Assembly (NCBI GenBank): GCA_951406725.2
Contig: OX597836.1
Location: 6,634,001-6,698,000 of the forward strand
Reading direction: 5' to 3'
Length of the DNA stretch: 64,000 nucleotides
DNA from: Octopus vulgaris
Lineage: Eukaryota
This document shows positions 28,190-43,400 of this stretch, piece after piece (position 1 is the stretch's first letter; each line of letters starts with the position of its first letter). Below the pieces are notes generated by a model. That model did not search any database and had not been told where the DNA came from. It was given only the letters and a program-made list of their open reading frames with translations. Both the position numbers and the translations under genes were made by a program.

Positions 28190-28367
28190 AAAACCTCTTG
28201 AAATGACGGTCTGACCGTAAACCAAGCAAATTGGAAGCTGTAATTGAAGTAGATGGTGAATATGCTCCGGAATAATAATTCAAAGATGTTTTTGTTACAT
28301 ATTGTTATTGTTTTTGTTGAATAAAATTTGTTGAAAAAAAAACCGCAATAATTATGCACCAACCTAA
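28190..28367 (+). mobile_element. Mariner 3' end: transposase C-terminus remnant and right TIR
   Basis: DRKPSKLEAVIEVDGEYAPE* then aaaccgcaataattatgcaccaacctaa+TA (Hsmar1/MADE-like TIR). Confidence 0.75.
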
Positions 28368-28476
28368 TACAGTTACACATAAGAACAAATTCTCTGTGTA
28401 CTCCAGGAGTTTTTGGCCTATTTTTATTGGAATCCATTTATTTGAAAATACAAGTTGTATTTTAAAAGTTTTGGAA

Positions 28477-28857
28477 TGGCTGTGTGGTAAGTAGGTTGCT
28501 TACCAACCACATGGTTCTGTCTGTGTTCAGTCCCACTGTGTGGCACCTTGGGCAAGTGTCTTCTACTATAGCCTAGGGTCGACCAAAGCCTTCTGAGTGG
28601 ATTTGGTAGACGGAAACTGAAAGAAGCCCGTCGTATATATGTATATGTATGTGTTTGTGTGTCTGTATTTGTCCCCCCAACATCGTTTGGTAAGCGATGC
28701 TGGTTTGTTTACGTCCCCGTAACCTAGCAGTTCGGCAAAAGAGACGATAGAATAAGTATTAGGCTTACAAAAGAATAAGTTCTGGGGTCGATTTCTTCTC
28801 GACTAAAGGCGGTACTCCAGCATGGCCGCAGTCAAATGACTGAAACAAATAAAAGAA
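28477..28857 (+). mobile_element. Full-length SINE family B copy
   Basis: High similarity to 20402-20797. Confidence 0.9.
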
Positions 28858-28931
28858 TATATGTAGGCGTTATTAAATTTATGTGCAACGGTTCTTGTAA
28901 ACTCAAACACATACATCCGTGTGAGTGTGAA

Positions 28932-28985
<54 letters not shown>

Positions 28986-29202
28986 TTTGTCTGTGGAGCT
29001 CTTCTGTCATCTAACTATATACGCGTTTCTCTGCGCGTGCGCGAGTGTCAGGTTAAGGATAAGTGTGAATATATAATGTATCTGTTTGAAAGAGTGAGTT
29101 TGCGTGTATAATGACATAAATACGGGTGCAAGGGTTTACTTATTTTAATATATATTTATATGTATGTGCATACACACACAATCATAGATACACACACAGA
29201 GG

Positions 29203-29577
<375 letters not shown>

Positions 29578-29672
29578 AAGGACAGACAGCTAGAGAGAGA
29601 GAGAGAGATAGTGGACCATATTTATGGAGAATTCCTGTGTCCTTGGGAAAACAAAATAATAAGTACAAAAAG

Positions 29673-29717
<45 letters not shown>

Positions 29718-29730
29718 AGACACACACACT

Positions 29731-29792
<62 letters not shown>

Positions 29793-30654
29793 GGTTGGAA
29801 GTGCGAGGAGAGAGAATAAAGAACAGTCGCTCGGAAAAGGAGCAAGATGACGATAAGAAGTCGGCAGACATATTTGATGGAAGGAGACAGATCCAGCTGG
29901 ATGATTTGATTGGTTAAAATGAATGTAGTAGGTGTCGCGTAGGTGTGTCACGGAGACAGCTGATTGGTGGGTTGACAGAGGACCTTGGTGTCATGCGAAT
30001 GGTGGCGGCGGGGTGAACGTGTTGGCGGTGGTTGTGGTTGTTAAGAATGCATGCGGCCGTTGCTGGAACGACCATCACCACGACCATCACCACTAACACG
30101 TAGCCAACCTTTGCTGTCGAACTGTCATTTGATAAAAAAGAAAAGCCAATCCATCCATGATCATCACATCGTTTTAGTATTATCCAGATTTACTGCATGT
30201 TCTTGCCTCTCGTTTCTTGTATTTAAATCGACAGACTCTGACGTTCTATCGACTGCTATTTCTAACAGTGTCATCGACCACATACTGGGTGGTTCGTGTT
30301 GGTGATGCTGGTAGTGATAATGATGATTGCGATGATGATGATGATGATGAGTGTTTAGTAAGAGGAGTATTTGGCTGCTATTTCTAGTATTTATTTTGAA
30401 CATTTGATCATTTGATCATTTGACACGCACGTTGGAGTGTGTGTTGTGTGTGTGTGAGCGCGCGTTTGAATTTATACATTATATATAATACTAATAGCAG
30501 TTTCTGTCGATCAAATTTCATTGCAAGGCAATGATCGGCCTGGGGTTACAAAAATGAGACACTTACCCAGGGTGCCACACAGTTTGATTGAACCTGGAAC
30601 CATGTGGTTGCAAATAGTACTGTCACACTTTCATACATATATACATTCATAATA

Positions 30655-31380
30655 AATTCATACATTCATACATACATACATACATGCATACGTACATTAA
30701 TGCATACATACGCACATTCATACATTCATACATACATGCATGCATGCATGCATACATACATACATGCATGCATACATACATACATGCATATGTACATAAA
30801 TGCATACATACCAACATTCATACATTCATACATACATACATACATGCATGCATACATACATACATACATGCATGCATACATACATACATACATACATACA
30901 TACATGCATGCATACATACATACATGCATGCATACATACATGCATACATACCTACATTCATACATTCATACATACATACATACATACATGCATGCATACA
31001 TACATACAAACATATATGCATGCATACATACATGCATACATACATACATGCATACATACATATATACATACATACATACATACATACATTCATACCTACA
31101 TGCATACATACATACATACATACATACATACATGCACAAATACATACTTGAATGTACACACACACATATATATATACATAGTCATACATACATACATACG
31201 TGCTTGCATGCATACATGCATACACACATACGTACATACATACATACATTCATACATACATACATACATACATACATACATACATACATACATACATACA
31301 TACACACATACATGCATACATACATACACACATACATACATACATAATACAAACATACATACACACACACACACATATAT
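30655..31380. repeat. (TACA/TGCA)n array
   Basis: Directly visible. Confidence 0.95.
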
Positions 31381-32724
31381 ACATCTCGCACGCATTCTTG
31401 TGCAGCGAAAGCCGTGAGCAAGGTGAACCGTTGATCAAACCAGAACTACTTTCTTTGCTCCACATCTAAAATTTAAAATGGATGGTCATGGCTAGAAAGA
31501 TTTCATCCTAATCATAGGATTGATATGGCGCCAAACCCAGCAACACCACGCCGCCATTTTGCAATGTACCCCCTCTCTCTCCTTCCTACCGACTCATAGC
31601 AATAATTCCTTCCTCTCTAATGAAACCATAAAGACAACATTGCTCCCTCCTACCATCACTCTTACTCTACTACTTTCACCCACGTGACAACGGATGTGAG
31701 GGGAGCTGTACATAGTCAGACGGCCTATTAGAAATAGCAGCCAAATTGTTCCTCAAATCACACTCCGCTCTCTTAAAAATAAAAATAAAAATACTGGACA
31801 TGCTCTACAATGTGGCTCAGAGTTTCCTGCACATAGGAAAGAGACGTGACTGTCTCGGATGGAAGGGCTTTGATCATTGGTGTACTTGATGAAACCTTAA
31901 CCTGGGGTTAAACAACAGCTACAGACATACATATATGTGTTGTACGCGTATGTGTGTGTATGCATGAACACATGCAGATACAAACGCACGCACACACACA
32001 CACACACACACACACGCATATCATACACACATACGATTACACTCGCATAAACATACACACACACACACTAAAACATCGACACCACCGCGATTAACAATTC
32101 AACCACCACTACAACCAAGACCATCGTTACCATCACCAACCACCACCACAACCACCATAACCACCACCACCACCACCACCAACGTCATCACCAACACTAA
32201 CGCTACAAGCAGCACTACCACTAACACCACCACCAGCAACAACAACGCCACCACCACCACTGGAACCATTTTCACAACCATCACCACCATCATCATTATT
32301 ACCACTACCTTAACTATGCCGCTACCACCACCACCACCACCAACAACAACAACAACGCCATCACGACCATCACTGCTACAGCATTCCTCATCCTCCTCCT
32401 CATCATCATCACTATCAACATCATGAAAACCACAATTATCAGTAGAAACACCACCACCACCACCGCCTGAACAATCGTCGCGACCATCAGCACCGCCGCC
32501 GCCTCCGCCGCAACCGCCAGCGCCACCAGGCCAACAACAGACTCCACCCCGCCCCCCTCTTTTCCTCCTCGTGCCAGAGTCATGTAAATGAGAAGATCAA
32601 AGACATCCAGAAGAGATATTATCGATCACCAAGGGAAAGGAAGCTAGTTCAAACCCTCCCTGGAATGTGAGGAGGTATGTGCCGCGCGGCTCGCTGTGTC
32701 TGTTATGGGTGTGCTTGTGTGTAC

Positions 32725-32757
<33 letters not shown>

Positions 32758-33294
32758 GTTTGTGTGTATAATGGGTTAATGCGTGTATGTGTGTCTACTG
32801 TGCTTGCGTGTGTAGTGTGTGTGTGTGTTTTGCATAGTGCTCTGTGTGTGTATATAATGTGTTATGTATGCGTGTGGAAGGGGCTTTTGTTTGTGTTTGT
32901 GTGTGAATTGCGTGGTGTATTTGTGTGTGTGTATGTGTGTGTGTGCATTTTGCATAGTGTTTTGTGTGTGTGTATATAGTGTATTTATGTGTGTGTGAGA
33001 AAGGGGCTTTTGTTTGTGTGTGTGTGTGAGTGTGTGTGAGTGTGTATGTGAGTTGCGTGGAGTATTTGTGTGTGTGTATGCGTGTGCATGTGTGTCTGGG
33101 TTGCGTAGATTGTTTGTGTGTGAGTGTGTGTATTAAGTGAGCTTCTGATTGATTGTATGTGTATGTGTGTGTTTAGAATGTATGTATGTGTCTGTATGTG
33201 TGTGTGCGGTGTGTTTCTGTCTATGTATGTGCTTGTGTTTGTTTGTGTGTGCATGTTTACTATGTATGTGTGTGGTGTTTCTGTATATAAATGC

Positions 33295-33546
33295 CATTAT
33301 GTTAAACTGTCGTATGTCTAAATTTGGCCAAATGCGATTTTTTGTTCAATATTTAATTTTGACTTACAATAACCGGTTCGTTTGGTCGAAGAACTATCGT
33401 ATCTCCAGCTGCTTCAGATACCAGGATATCAAAAATTGTCAAAGTGTATTAGAACGGCTTGGCTATGGAATGGTGAAACTATTTTTTTGTTTTCTGAAAA
33501 AAGCAACGTATTGGACTTACGACACTTTTGCATAGTAACAACGATA
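33295..33546. mobile_element. MITE copy (same family as 44579-44826), left end eroded
   Basis: attatgttaaactgtcgtatgtctaaatttggccaaatgcg ... ttttgcatagtaacaacgatata aligns with 44579-44826. Confidence 0.7.
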
Positions 33547-33748
33547 TACATACATATATATCAGCTGGAGTACTTCCCTACAACATTCAACCGACCAAAT
33601 CGAACCCGAGTACTTGAGTTAAGTATGGTCCATTATTGTATTCATATATTTTGGTGAATTGCCATATTACGGGGACATCAAGAACCCAACACCGGTTTTC
33701 AAACGACGTGGGATAACTAGAAATCTTGAAACCTTATGATGCGCGCTG

Positions 33749-33817
<69 letters not shown>

Positions 33818-34396
33818 TGCTGACCTCTGTCATAGTTTTCCTATACCAATTTCACAAGGCCAGCAACTTCGGGCGATGGGGTGGGTCGATTACATTTCTC
33901 GACAGGTAATTATTTCAAGGAACCCCGAAAGAATGAAACGCAAAACAGTTGAACTCAGAAAGTAAATACGTAAGAAATGTCACCAAGCGTTTTATCCGGC
34001 ATTGTAACGATTCTGCTAGTTCGCCGCCTTATCTGTGGCCACATATTGACAACGAACATTCCAGCTATGTCCAGATAGACTGGCGGAGGTGTGAGGAGAG
34101 GATAATATATAGAGAGGGGCGTACGAAGGGGAGGAATGTAAAGAAGGAAGGAGAGGGGGGAAAGGAAGAGTACAGAGAGAGAGGGAGAGGAAGGGTAGAC
34201 GGACTGACTGACTGACAGACAGACAGAGAGAGAAAGAGGCGGTGGAGGTAAAATGCGATAGAGGGTGATTCAGTACAGAGATATCGAATGAAGTAAGGAA
34301 TGAGACAGAATAAAAAAAGTTGAATGAGTATGAATGAAAGGGAAGAATTAACGGCGATGAGGATTGAGAAGGAAGGAGAAAAGGATTATGGAGGAA

Positions 34397-34567
34397 GGAG
34401 TGACTGTGTGGTAAGTAGCTTGTTTACGAACCACATGGTTCCGGGTTCAGTCCCACTGCGTGGCACCTTGGGCAAGTGTCTTCTACTATAGCCTCGGGCC
34501 AACCAAAGCCTTGTGGGTGGATTTGGTAGATGGAAACTGAAAGAAGCCTGTCGTATATATGTATATT

Positions 34568-34634
<67 letters not shown>

Positions 34635-34860
34635 ATGTATATGTGTGTATGTGTTTGTGTGTCTGTGTTTGTTCCCCCAGCATCATTTGACAACCGATGC
34701 TGGTGTGTTTACTTCCCTGTAGCCTAGCGGTTCGGCAAAAGTGAACGATGGAATAAATACTAGGCTTACAATGAATAAGTCCTTGGGTCGATTTGCTCGA
34801 CTAAAGGCGGTGCTCCAGCATGGCCACAGTAAAAGAGTAAAAGAGTAAAAGAGTAAAAGA
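34397..34860 (+). mobile_element. SINE family B copy with (gtaaaaga)n tail
   Basis: High similarity to 20402-20797; expanded internal (TG)n. Confidence 0.9.
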
Positions 34861-35562
34861 GAAGGAACGAACGAATGAGAAGAAGAAGAATATGAGAAGA
34901 AAAGAATAAGATGATGAAAAGATACGAAATTTTGAGAAAAAATCGATAAAGAATGAAAGAAATCTGTATTGGCCTACACCGCTTCTTGGGGATGTTACGC
35001 TCCCAAAAACTCTTGCCGCAAGTTGGATTTTCGTAACGCGATACCTTGATAGATATTTTACTTTGTTTTACGTTGAAGAAGGCATGGCTGTTAGATTAAG
35101 AAGTTTGCTTATCAACCACATGGTATCAGGTTCAGTCCCACTGTGTGGCCCCTGGGGCAAGTGTCTTCTACTATATCTCTGCGCCGGCCTTGTGAGCGGA
35201 TTTGATAGACGGAAACTGAAAGAAACCTGCCATTATCACTACTGATGTTTACTCTGATGTTGTTACTTGTAGCAATAAGCTGGGCTATTCCTAAGCAGCG
35301 TTTATATTATAAAATGCTGTGGACACCGCCGGATTCAGTGGTACTGCCCAGGTGTCGAAACCGTAGTGATATCCGTTTGAGCAGCTGAAGATGGGAGTGG
35401 AATATATATCATGCTCGATTGTGAATTTCTTATAGTGTAATGTAGTTGTTCTGGGTTGTCCTTCATTCTTGTACTGTGGGAAGTGTTTCTGGATTCATAG
35501 TCTTTGTGGGTCACTTGGGTATTGTTTAGTTTTGTTCATAGGTTTGGACAATGCAAGAATAT

Positions 35563-35945
35563 TGATTTGAAATTTTGTCAAGGCCAGAGATTAAATTGAT
35601 TACAGCGACCACATTATTCAACAGACACTTATTTTATCGAACTGAAAAGGATGAAAGGCAAAGTCAATCTCGTTAGAATTTAAATTCAAATAAAAAAAAA
35701 CGGACGAAATACTGCTGATCATTTTGCCCGCCGTGCTAACGATTCTGCCAGCTCACCATGTTACAATACTTAAATATTGGTCTTTAATTTTGGTACGAGA
35801 CCAGCAATTTCGAGGGAGGATGTAAGTTAATTATATCGACCCCTGTGTCAAACTGGTGCTTAATTTATCAACCCGTAAACGATAAAAAGCAAAGTCAAAC
35901 TCGGCGGAATTTGAACTCAGAACGTAAAGACAGACGAAATATCTC
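35563..35945 (-). mobile_element. Two adjacent SINE family A copies
   Basis: aaaggatgaaaggcaaagtcaa (~35646) and aaagcaaagtcaaactcggcggaatttgaactcagaacg (~35886). Confidence 0.75.
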
Positions 35946-36012
35946 AAAGCATACAATGCTTGAATATTGGTGCCTAATTTTGACAGGCTCTGTGGCATAG
36001 AAATTATTATGG

Positions 36013-36287
36013 GGCACAGTTCACCTGGCTGTAAACGAGTTCCACCAGGTAAAGATAGATAGAGATTATTACAGAAAACAGTCCACCTAGCTGTAAACAG
36101 TTGCCACCACCAGATAAGATGGAAATTATTTACTTGACACTGTCTGTCTAGTTGGAAATAGATACAACCACAAGATAAGATAGAGATAATTATAAACACC
36201 AGCTGTAAATAGCTATCGCCACCAGGTAAGATGGATACAAGTTTTGACTGAGCACAGTCCATCTAGCTGTAAATTGGTACCATCAGT
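36013..36287. repeat. Degenerate ~50-60-bp minisatellite
   Basis: Recurring cagt(c/t)cacctagctgtaaa ... ccaccag(g)taagatgga units. Confidence 0.65.
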
Positions 36288-36362
36288 TTATTAAATCTAA
36301 TTGTCACTAGTAGTGGAGCCCTGGCAGTTATATGTCCTAATCGCCATCACAACGACCACTAC

Positions 36363-36395
<33 letters not shown>

Positions 36396-36431
36396 CGTCA
36401 TCATCATCATCACCAGCAGCAGTAGCATCAT

Positions 36432-36482
<51 letters not shown>

Positions 36483-37264
36483 AACCACAACCATCAACAC
36501 CATTATTAGCATCCTCATCATGGACCATTGCCTAACAGAACGTTGATGATTACATTGTTCCACAGCGATTTGTTGATAGGGGTTGTGGCAATCTCGGAGT
36601 AAAGTGATACAGTGAGAGATCCCTTAAGGGTCCATATATCCCCGTGGGCCCATATAAGATATCTGGAGATCCATGTAACAAAATAGTAAATTGAGGATCC
36701 ACAAAAAATGTTGCCTCAAATGTATACAATGGCCTCTACTTTGTTCTGTGCATCTAGAAAACAGCTTCTGAGCACGAACCTCTTCCATTTTACAGCCATA
36801 TTCAGTCAAAAAACAAGGCTTCAGGAGTAAACATCGACTGTAAAACCGAAGTCGGGGACCCTAAAGAAGTACCTACAACCTCGCTCTGGTTGATCCTGCG
36901 ATGAGTTGAGCGTTGCTGTGTCTGTCTTCATCAGTGACAGGAAGAGAAGAGACGTGTTACATATGCAACGTCTTCTCCTCCATAAAATATCCAGTCTTGC
37001 TTCCTATCACTTATCCATATACAACCTCGTTCATAGGGACAATGCGAACAACAGCAGTTAAATTACATATAACTGGTGACTTAGAGAGGTCACTCTCGGT
37101 GCTGGGAGACATTTTCGGGTTCTATTTTGTCAAACTGAGTAGTCCCTGCCCGAGAGAAGCTGTCCCACCACAATCTGTATCATCCTTAAGGCACGGAGAA
37201 TAGGGACTATCGGAATACCTGATTGAAAACCATTGCATCAGACAACGAACAAAAGAAAGCAGCA

Positions 37265-39370
37265 AAAGATCAGTGCTAAACTTTGAATTTGGAACGTAAA
37301 AACAATGAAGGCCGCTCTTTGAGAAATTTTACAGGTTCTTAGAATCTCTAGGGAAATAACTTCATAAATAACGAGTTCCATCAAGGAAAGGGTTTTGATC
37401 CACCCAGAGTACATGGAAGTGGCTTCCCAGTAAAGAACAGTTTGTTGAATGAGGCACATCAAGGCAGCAGTGACTCAAAGCTGATCCAATCCAACTTTTC
37501 GCTTCAACGTCATTGAAGGCCCACTCGACTTTGCCGGTTTCTATATCTTGTTACAATAGACTAATTCTATGTGAATCTCTACTCGCCGTCCGTAGCCACC
37601 CTGACATAGAACGGTTCGTTTTCAGGGGCACTTCGAGGCCAAAGTCAGTGCAGACTATGAATTATAGCTTTCTTGACTTGAGCTTTTTTTTTTATGAGGG
37701 AAAACTGAATAACGGACGGCGACAATTCGAGCTGTTCGCTCAGTAAGATTTGTGCATCGTCGACTTCTACATCCAGACAAAATCCACAGAATAAAAGCCA
37801 CCGGGAAACATCTGCACTCCAAACATTAATATCAACTAGATCTCATCTAAGTAAGACATGCAGCCACTAACGACATCCTCCACCCACACACAAACACATG
37901 TACACATGCTCGCGCGCGCGCGGTTCTATCACAGTACTGACTGCGACACAGCCCACTCCTCTCTGTGCTACAAGACTGGGTTGCAACTTATGAGGTTCAA
38001 ATACATTAAAAGACAGGAATACTCTCGCATCAACATCATCACAATGCCCCCAGCCTGGTCCTGGAGCAAACTGCTTGTAGATGCTTTCGACAGCACCTCA
38101 TGCACAAAGCCACTGCAGCAGTGATATGAAAAAACCTTGCGAAACAATGCATTACTCGGCTTTAGTTTTGCCAAAGAAAAGGACATCAAAAAGCATGTGA
38201 CTGGTTTGAGGCTAAATAAGTCAACCGAGTTGGCTTTGGTCGTTGAAGACCAGCATACTACTAGCGGTCAGCTAACAGGAGGTACCTGCTGATTGACAGG
38301 ACAGGTAGGACCAATGTTAAGCAAACTGACAGAGGTTGTACCAAAGAGAATTGGACACAGATTAATGTGAACATTCAGAAGGGAACTCTAAGGGAATGTA
38401 TAAAAGCATGAAGAGGGCATTTGGATCAATTCAGAACAAGTCACATATTTGTGCATCACTACTTTCCTCCACATCTTTGATTCCAGACTCATTTTGATGG
38501 ATTAAAAGAAGTCACGTGATAATTCTTTCTACTTTAGGTTCAAGGATTGAAATGTTTGAGAAAGGGACAAAACAATTACATCGACCCCAATGTTCAACAG
38601 GTAATTTATTTAATTGACCCCGAAAAAATTAAAGACACGGTCAATCTCAGCAGAATCTTTCACGGGGGAAGTAACCACAATTAAAAGCCACTAAATCGTG
38701 AAATGGTTAGAACACAGATTCAATCACCACAACGAGGAGATCACTTTCCGACTCAACTCGTGACGTCATCGTGTGCCTTGCCGACCACAGATGACTTGGA
38801 CATTGAGCTTCTGTTAAAAGGAGTCCTCATGGTACTTAACAGCCTGGCTTCGTATAAGATCCCAAGAGGCGGACGGGAACTTTTCTGATCTGATAAGAAT
38901 GACCACTTTTTACATTATATGAGGTCCTGTCCTATGTCGGTGCTCACATGTAAGAGATGTACCAAAAGTCATGAGGGATAACAATTGCCCTGGGCAAAAG
39001 AAGCAACTGCAAAACTAAAGAGTCGACAAAGGTTTTACTCGCTTCATCTTGAATAGTCTACATCTGCTGGCATAACATATTCCCTGGGTCATGGTGTTAC
39101 TTCCTGCCAACAGGGGATATTGTCTTCTCTCTTTGGCAACGCCAGGAAAAGAGTCGAGAAGAGAAAATACCCTTGTATATAGTTTTCATTAATTCCACAA
39201 AGGCGTTCGTTAAAATCGACATAGATTACCTTATAAAGGGTCATTTGAATGCTGGGTGCCCATCAAAACTGCAGTATTTGAGTCTCTGCAAATCAACATG
39301 AAGTACAGAGAAGTACAGTTCAACCGTAATGAACCTAATCCCATTGATATCTGCAGCAACGTCAAACAAG
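37265..39370 (+). mobile_element. Decayed RTE/BovB-like LINE (APE endonuclease + RT), interrupted and 3'-truncated
   Basis: Colinear broken motifs: IWNVKTM; GKGFDPPRVHGSGFPVKNSLL; KATGKHLHSKH*YQLDLI*VR; FYHSTDCDTAHS; GNSKGMYKSMKRAFG; DIVFSLWQRQEKSREEKIPLYIVFINSTKAF; GCPSKL; DICSNVKQ. Many stops and frameshifts; SINE A insertion at ~38520-38655. Confidence 0.85.
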
Positions 39371-40298
39371 TATCAGTTACTCACTGGAATCGATGTAATC
39401 GACTTAATCCCCTTTGTTTGTCCTTGTTTGTCCCCTCTATGTTTTGCCCCTTGTGGGAAGTAAAGAACTATATATATACATTCATACATATACTGGAAAG
39501 TATATTGAAACATGTCCAACCTGTCAAACTATACTCGGTAACATTCATTGTTGCAAAACGGAATGTGGAGTATCCATAGATGTACAAGAACTGATTGGAC
39601 AATAAAGAAAAAAAAGCAACAAGTGCTGATCATCACGCTTCACCTCACACGAATTATCACTGTATCACGAGAAGTTCAGTGTCTTCTGGAGAACAGAAAT
39701 AGACTGGACATTAGAGGGAATGCAACACGTGCACGCTCTCTCACTGCGCCGCATGCGATCCATGTATGTATGTTACTGTGTGCAGTGTAGTGTGCAGCTC
39801 AGTAGAAATCTCCTGGTAGTTTTAAATGCACAAGTCTCTGATGTCCAAGTGGCTAAAATGCGTCAGCTGAAGGGCGTTCAGGTGTCATGATCTGGATGCG
39901 GTGGCCCCCTTTGAGTGTTAGAAAGCTAAGAGCTGAAGCCTCTGCCTGAGGTGGGGTTTCTTCTCTGAAGACCTTGTGCTCTTCAGCTTTCTTGGAAGTT
40001 TCTTACCACTGGTATAAACCTTGAGATATGCTTGTGGATCGCTATATCGTTCGGTCGCTTACCTTGGGGATATAGAACAGTCGGATCAAAACTGGCTAGA
40101 GCTGCGCTACATGACAAACCTGTGTGTCCACGGCTGCACGATCAGGTTTAACTCACAATTTAAGAATAACAACAACAACAGCAACAGCAGCAGCAACAAT
40201 AAAAATGAATGGGTGTGCAGAACCATGCTACACGGGATAAAACCTGGGAACTTGAACACTGACATCCCTTTCAGAGGAATTTATATCCTTGAAATAAT

Positions 40299-40343
<45 letters not shown>

Positions 40344-40406
40344 CAAAATTGGATTTGTGTCAATAAATTGATGTCTGTGTGTCAATTTCTCCATTTTCTT
40401 TTTTTA

Positions 40407-40456
<50 letters not shown>

Positions 40457-40542
40457 TAATCCAAACATGAAAACACAACAACGCGAAGACGTGGAACAAG
40501 TATAGTGTTATTGGACGCTCAGGAAAGAAGGAAAGAAGGATG

Positions 40543-40577
40543 GCTTAACGTTTCGAGCGGAGCTCTTCGTCAGAAAC
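40543..40577 (-). ncRNA. Minimal type I hammerhead ribozyme (PLE-type)
   Basis: Minus strand GUUU-CUGACGA-A-GAGC-UCC-GCUC-GAAA-CG-UU-AAGC: intact cores, 4-bp stem II, palindromic AACGUU stem III, stem I with one G-U pair. Lies in a ~200-bp insert between (TA)n tracts. Confidence 0.75.
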
Positions 40578-40652
40578 ATAGGAAAAGGAAAGATCCAGAG
40601 AAGGGAAGACGGAGGAAAAAAATCGCCAATGGTACACACGCGGTCACATATA

Positions 40653-40688
<36 letters not shown>

Positions 40689-41077
40689 TGTATGTATGTA
40701 TGTATGTATGTATGTATCACAACAGATGGATAGTGTATCAGTCAAGTAGATGTTTCCAACGAACTTTTAATTGATTAATGGAGACATTCAGTACCCACGC
40801 ATTTATTCCTCTATTTGTGTTGGGTGCACATTTCAATTTTCGACCCGACCCGGTGCCTTCAATTTGACAGAGAGTGATGTATTCAGTTCGTTTCGAAGTT
40901 AGCCAACTGGACAAACCCTGAACCAGCTGCAAAGAATATCATTCCCGGTTGCTCACGCAACTGCCCTTACTTTGTGTAGTAGAAACACGTGTAGGTCGCA
41001 ACAACTATAAAAATATGAAATTATGAAATAAGAGGAAATTGATTCTGAGGATGAACATGTTTCCATTACAGGCACAG

Positions 41078-41630
<553 letters not shown>

Positions 41631-42097
41631 TATATGTATAAATATGTGTGTGTGTATGTGTGTATTTCCATTTATATTTGCATTCCTACCGTTGATAACC
41701 GGTGTTGGTTTAGTAACGTCTCCGTAACGAATCAACAGAAACCGATAGATTAAGTACCACAGGTAGCGGAGGGCCGAGTTGTTGGTCTAAACGTTTACAC
41801 AGAGTGCTCCAGCATGGTCGCAGTCTGATGACTTATATAATGTAATAGAAAGATTGGATAATGTAGTCTAGTATTTGTTGCAGATACGGAAAATGTGGAG
41901 TGGTCATGGCTGGAATGTCTTTTAGTAGAGGTTCTGCACGATCTGGATTGGCCAATAACAAGAACAAGATTTATTTCTATGACAGCAGAGAGTGACTCAA
42001 AAATGGAATTTGGCTGCTATTTCTAGCGAGTCCATCAATCACAGCGTTGAGGAGAAAACCTTTTATACAACTGCCATCTCCAGTTTTGCCATAAACT

Positions 42098-42098
42098 T

Positions 42099-42133
<35 letters not shown>

Positions 42134-42185
42134 GCGACTGCTGCTGCTGCTACTGCTGCTGCTGCTGCTGCTGCTGTTGCCTCTG

Positions 42186-42217
<32 letters not shown>

Positions 42218-42445
42218 GCCGCTGCTGCTGCTGCTGCTACTACTACTACTACAGATAATCCATGTCTGACTGCGATTGTCCTTTTTTCCAACTACCTCAC
42301 GCACTTTCACCACCACCACCACCACCACCACCACTACCACCACCACCACCGTCGCCACCACCGCCAACGACGCCATCTCCCCCACCGCCGCCCATCCTCT
42401 CCAAGACTTTTCCTCTCTTTTCACATAATTCGACCAACAACATCC

Positions 42446-42480
<35 letters not shown>

Positions 42481-42700
42481 GCTGCTTAGCAACTACATCG
42501 AGAGTGGGGCGTTGTTAGAGGGCGTGGCAGTAGTTCTACTGCTCGTCCTCTCCGTCTTCTTACTACGATTCAGATGGCGAAAGAGGGAGACGGGGAGGTG
42601 GGGTGCTTTTTGTCTTCTTCTTCTTCTTCTTCTTCTTCTTCTTCTTCTTCTTCTTCTTCTTCTTCTTCTTCTTCTTCTTCTTCTTCTTCTTCTTCTTCTT

Positions 42701-42730
<30 letters not shown>
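42098..42730. repeat. Cluster of (CTA)n, (CTG)n, (CCA)n, (CT)n and (CTT)n microsatellites
   Basis: Directly visible. Confidence 0.95.
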
Positions 42731-42733
<3 letters not shown>

Positions 42734-42880
42734 CCCCCCACCTTTTATATTTTTACCTCTCTGCCACCCCCTCCGTCTCACCGAACTTCCACCCCCATAT
42801 TTTTTTCCAATACCTGACCGACAAAAGAAAGAGAGAGAAAACAGCTTTTTTTCTTATTTTCTCAGCTACTAACACGCACG

Positions 42881-42926
<46 letters not shown>

Positions 42927-43008
42927 CGCAAACACACAAATGCACACACACACACACACTGAGTTAATGATTTTTATATGTGAAAGCGTATGTAATACAG
43001 AGACCAGA

Positions 43009-43009
<1 letters not shown>

Positions 43010-43041
<32 letters not shown>

Positions 43042-43400
43042 TGTATGTATGTATGTATGTATGTATGTATGTATGTATGTATGTATGTATGGATGTATGT
43101 ATGTATCCATGTATGTATGTATGTATGTATGTATGTATGCATGTATGTATGTGTGTATGTATGTGTGTATGTATGTGTGTATGTATGTGTGTATGTATGT
43201 GTGTATGTATGTGTGTATGTATGTGTGTATGTATGTATGTATGTATGTATGTATGCATGCATGCATGTATGGATGGATGGATGGATGTGTATGTGTATGT
43301 ATATATGTATGGAGGGATGCATGTATGTATACAGGCAACTATGGATGCATGTATGTATATATGTATGTATGGATGGATGTACATATTCAAGCACACATGG
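43010..43400. repeat. (TATG)n array containing 12-bp higher-order units gtgtgtatgtat
   Basis: Directly visible. Confidence 0.95.

Noticed and set aside
30164-30403. 79-aa His-rich ORF on the minus strand
   Set aside because: The His run derives from a (GAT)n microsatellite; no homology recognised.
36920-36942. Minus-strand CTGATGA
   Set aside because: No stem II or GAAA follows.
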